From Octopus vulgaris (Eukaryota), in assembly GCA_951406725.2 (NCBI GenBank), contig OX597824.1:47926001-47990000 (forward strand): a DNA stretch of 64,000 bases, written 5' to 3'. How positions within the stretch are numbered: position 1 is the stretch's first letter; every line of letters begins with the position of its first letter. The position numbers and the translations under genes are program-made. Shown here piece by piece: positions 59,837 to 64,000 of this stretch. Under the pieces are notes generated by a model. That model was not told where the DNA came from and made no database searches. It was given only the letters and a program-made list of their open reading frames with translations.

Positions 59837-61438
59837 CTGAAAGAAATTGTCATTACTACATGTATTTTTAAAAAATTAAATAAAAAAATCCATATTATAA
59901 AAAGGTGTCTTTATTTCATTTAGGACCTAGGGTTCAACAGTTTAAATAATGTAATAATGTAGTAGGAGTAGTAGTGGTAGTAGTAATAATCATTATAATT
60001 GAAATAATTATTTTTGTAATAATAGTAATAATAGTTATTTGTAATAATAAAGAGCTGATCATAAAATGTACAGCTCAATGCACACAAACTAATAATTTCA
60101 ACAGACAGCCTGAATCCAATTCTACGAACACAATAGCAATTTTACATCAACAGATGCTGCTGGTAATATTTCAACAGCAAATGTAACATATTCGATGCAA
60201 TATACATCAGAGCTAAAATGTATTAGCAAGTGACACCCAGGTTCTCTTTGATTAAAAAAAAGAGGAAAAAGGAGAAATTTTAATTGGGTAGAAAAAATTA
60301 GAAAATTAATTAAAAAAAAATTAATGAAAAAAAAACACACCAAGAAAGATGCATGCAAAATTCTAAGTCAATATGTATATATTTTTTTTAAAGTAAAATT
60401 TCATTACCCAGCTGCAATTTTTAAACTAGTCTTAAGACTAATATAATTCCAACAGCATTCAATAAATACTGTTATTTTTTAAAAATTTATGAATCTGTTC
60501 ATGTGCATTTTTTCATGACTGATTGTATGTGTACATGTGTGTGTGTATGCATGTGTGCAAATTTATTAGAATGTAAAAATCTATACTTGAATTCAACTTG
60601 CAGTTCTAGTAGATTTATTCTCTACAGATTTAAAGTGGCCATAGATTGGCAAGCTTAAAGAAAAATGTTTACAAAGATGATCGGTTTACAAAGCTAATGG
60701 ATAAGCTGCTGTAAAGCACCAATCAAGAGAGGGAAAGAGAGTCAGAGAGACAGGAGAAAGAGAGACAGAAAGACAGACAGAGAAAGAGAGAGAGAGTTCA
60801 AAACTGAGGGAAGTTTTTGTTAGTAATTTTTGTTATATTTATAAATATTAAATAAAATAACTGTCAAAAACCATCAAGAAAAGCTGAGTCTAATATAAGG
60901 TTTTGTGGTTTATGAGTATTTTCAATTGGTTCCAAAGTACTATGGCTAAATGACATATTTACAAAGTTTTTTTTTTTAACAATAATAAATCAGTGTTTCT
61001 TTACACAAAGAGGCAAATATCCTTTGATAAATCACAATTAGATATCCAATGTCTTGGAATCCTAATCACGGCATTTCATATCTCAATAGCAAAATAAGAA
61101 GTTGAAATTTTTTTCAGGAACAATTAAAAAAAAAATTGAAATTAATTTTTTTTCAGGGGGTAAGGGGGATTATCTCTTGAAATTGTTTTGCCAACATTTG
61201 TTTTCTCTTTTTTTCTTTTTTTCAATGCTAATAATCTTTGGAAGAGTAACAAACTCCAACTTTTTGGCATCTGTAGTAGCCTCACATCTCAAGTCAGTTT
61301 TTTTGTCAAGTAATTATAAGCAGTTTTTCTTCATTTAAATCTTATTTCATTTGTATAAAATAAATATAGTCAAATAGTTGATTTCCGGTTTTTCATTTTT
61401 TTTTCTTTCTTTTTGGTAAAGGAATATGACTGAACAAC

Positions 61439-61609
61439 TTAAATGACCAGAGCCTGGGTGGTAGTAGACAGATGTAGTCCATAGTTACTCCTCAAACGGT
61501 GGCCAAAAATATCTCTAAGAGAAAGAGAGTTGTTGCCAAAGTATCTGATATGCTGACCTAGACATCATTTTGGCTGAGTATTCAAATACTCAGATAGATC
61601 AAAATATGC
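61439..61609 (-). CDS. Candidate alternative terminal exon of a second gene (acceptors at 61609 and 61557)
   Basis: GC-richer island in unique AT-rich DNA; reads AYFDLSEYLNTQPK*CLGQHIRYFGNNSLSLRDIFGHRLRSNYGLHLSTTTQALVI*. Confidence 0.4.
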
Positions 61610-61724
61610 CTAGAAATATTGATATTTTTCATTCAGCTTTTATACATCACTCCCCATAAAAACAAATAAAAAAAGTCAAGTGAGTTCATTCCAGTGAAAT
61701 CTTTGTGAACCATTACATGAAAGG

Positions 61725-61752
61725 ATATATATATATATATACACACACACAA

Positions 61753-61791
<39 letters not shown>

Positions 61792-62199
61792 CACGTGTTG
61801 TGAGAATAAGTGTGTGAATGTGTGTGTATATATATATATATATAATATACGTATATACACGTGTTGTGAGTATGTGTGTGTGTGTGTGTGTATATATATA
61901 CATACATATAAAGTGTGCATATTAAATATGTATACATATATACACACATTTTTATATATATATTTATATACATACACACACACACACACACATATATTAT
62001 ATATATACACGTGTTGTGAGAATAAGTGTGTGAATGTGTGTATGTATATAAATATATGTATGTAATATATATATATACATGTGTTGTGAGCATGTGTGTG
62101 TATATATATATACATATATATAAAGTGTGCATATTTTATATGTATACATATACACACACACACACAATTTTATATATATCTATATATATACACATTTAT

Positions 62200-62282
<83 letters not shown>

Positions 62283-62285
62283 AAT
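61725..62285. repeat. Compound microsatellite with a higher-order duplication of about 215 bp
   Basis: Anchors acacgtgttgtgagaataagtgtgtgaatg and aaagtgtgcatatt each recur at about 200-215 bp spacing. Confidence 0.85.
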
Positions 62286-62424
62286 GCATATGCATGTACA
62301 TTTACAACAGCAATTATTCTGATAAATACAAAATACTGCCCTAGACTGCTAGTAGTCCCAAACTTTGTCATCAGCTTAATTTTTGATAGTTGTTTAAAAG
62401 AAAGAAGGGGAAACTGCATGGTAC

Positions 62425-62491
62425 CTCGTTCAGTAAAATAAGATTTAAACCCTTGTCATCCGGGGTATGCATGCATTTGCTGCTGCTGTCC
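62425..62491 (-). CDS. Candidate alternative exon of a second gene
   Basis: tattttcccctag acceptor, GAG|GTACC donor; phase 1 gives GTAAANACIPRMTRV*, phase 0 gives GQQQQMHAYPG*. Confidence 0.45.
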
Positions 62492-63053
62492 CTAGGGGAA
62501 AATATGTAGTATTAGATATCTTATCCTAATGCACAATGTTTTTTTTTTCTCATTTTTGTTTTAAAGAACAAAATGTGTTAAAATATTTTAAAATAACTAT
62601 TTTAAAGAAAGAACAAACCTAACCATTTTCTATATTGGTCAATGACTCCTAATTTAAATATGTTAACTAGATTTTAAAGTAATTAGAATTTCATTTCTAT
62701 ATCAAGGAAGCAAATCTGGAAATTTAAGTTCCATATTTTTAAAAAGAGATAAAGAATGATGCAAGCCTCTTAATAAAAGGATTTAAATATGATTAAAATG
62801 AAGGCAGTTAGAACCCTACAACTCTTCTATATAATGAAGAGTTAAATAAAAATTATGGATTCTGTCATGGATACACAGCTACCATAATAATAATAATGAC
62901 AAGTGACCAACTTAATTTAACTATGAAACTATCCTTTTCTATCTATATTTTACAATCTTAGCATGCTGATACTGTAACCATTAAGGCTGTGTTTCTTCTC
63001 AAAGAGCATGCATTGCAGATAGTTATGCAATATATATATATACATACATATAC

Positions 63054-63094
<41 letters not shown>

Positions 63095-63329
63095 ATTAAT
63101 GTTTAAGCCAAACAACTCAAATGTGGAACTGGCATGCAAAAGCATGAGATTACAGTTTCTCACACTTCAATTAAAAATAATGAAGTGTATTTTTCTTTAT
63201 TTTTAATGTTGATGCAAGAAAATAATTGCTGTTAGTTTTTATCTCAAAAGTTTAAGAGGATTGAAAAGATTACACTTCCACCTCTTTAGTTACTATGTTT
63301 TGTACACAAATACTATTTCACTACACAAT

Positions 63330-63395
<66 letters not shown>

Positions 63396-63979
63396 CATAC
63401 ACATAGATTAATGTCAACCAGAAATATAGTAAAGCGCTTTTTGTTAAGGTTTTGACATTTGTTACAAGTTCACTATTTAAAGAGTTCAACAATCTAACAA
63501 TAATTATAAAAGAACAATACAAATTATGATGATGCAAGCAACACAATTTGCATAAGGAACTTGTAGTAGTAGCAGCTTTTTTATGACAATACTGAGCTAG
63601 TGTTGACAGGCAAAATTCTACAAATCAACATTTTATTACTGAAAACATTTTGGTTTGGAAGGAAATGCAAATGTAATGGTAAGACAAAACTTTCATTGTT
63701 TTCAGAAACATAGCTGCATTTTCTCAAATAATTTAAACAATTGCCCATTCTGGATGGCCAAGGAGGAAAATAAAAGTTTTGTATTGAAGATATAGAAACA
63801 AAGTGTATATGTTTTTCTCTTCAATTTCTAAATCTGTTTTATTTTCCCTTGAATTTTTGATAAAAAAAATAAAAAGTAATTTCTTGATATTTTTAGAAAG
63901 GCTAATAAACTAGATTAAGTAGTTGCATGGATATAAGATGACCTTTTGAAAAAAACTGATCAGAATTTTCACAGGTTAC

Positions 63980-64000
63980 CGGGTTTAGGCATTTCTTTTT
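63980..64000 (-). CDS. Candidate 3' end of an upstream coding exon of the second gene (KEMPKP or KKKCLNP)
   Basis: CCG|GTAACC donor; only 21 nt are visible at the window edge. Confidence 0.35.

Overview
Eukaryotic, AT-rich, microsatellite- and transposon-dense DNA. The repeat types (tRNA-derived SINEs, an RTE LINE with a (GAT)n tail, many mariners) point to an octopus/coleoid cephalopod genome; this is an inference. The main host gene is on the minus strand. Nine small GT-AG coding exons between 30296 and 5790 splice in frame (767 nt, about 255 aa) into a Hook-type calponin-homology domain followed by a coiled coil, most like the N-terminus of NuMA. The gene continues past the left edge of the window. 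The 3' end of a second, unidentified minus-strand gene, with several candidate alternative terminal exons, probably occupies about 59.7-64 kb. The rest is mostly decayed or nested mobile elements: RTE (with a PHD-like finger inside its RT region), Gypsy, hAT, mariners, an IR/DR Tc1, Helitrons, piggyBac, Penelope, CR1 and SINEs. No transposon ORF is intact. There are no prokaryotic features or CRISPR arrays. The best leads are a microexon whose skipping creates a junction UAG, an inverted RTE pair around a 645-nt stop-free exon block, the RT-embedded PHD finger, recurrent local templated duplications, a long hairpin near the probable promoter, and the alternative C-termini of the second gene. 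All coordinates were read by eye and no searches were run.
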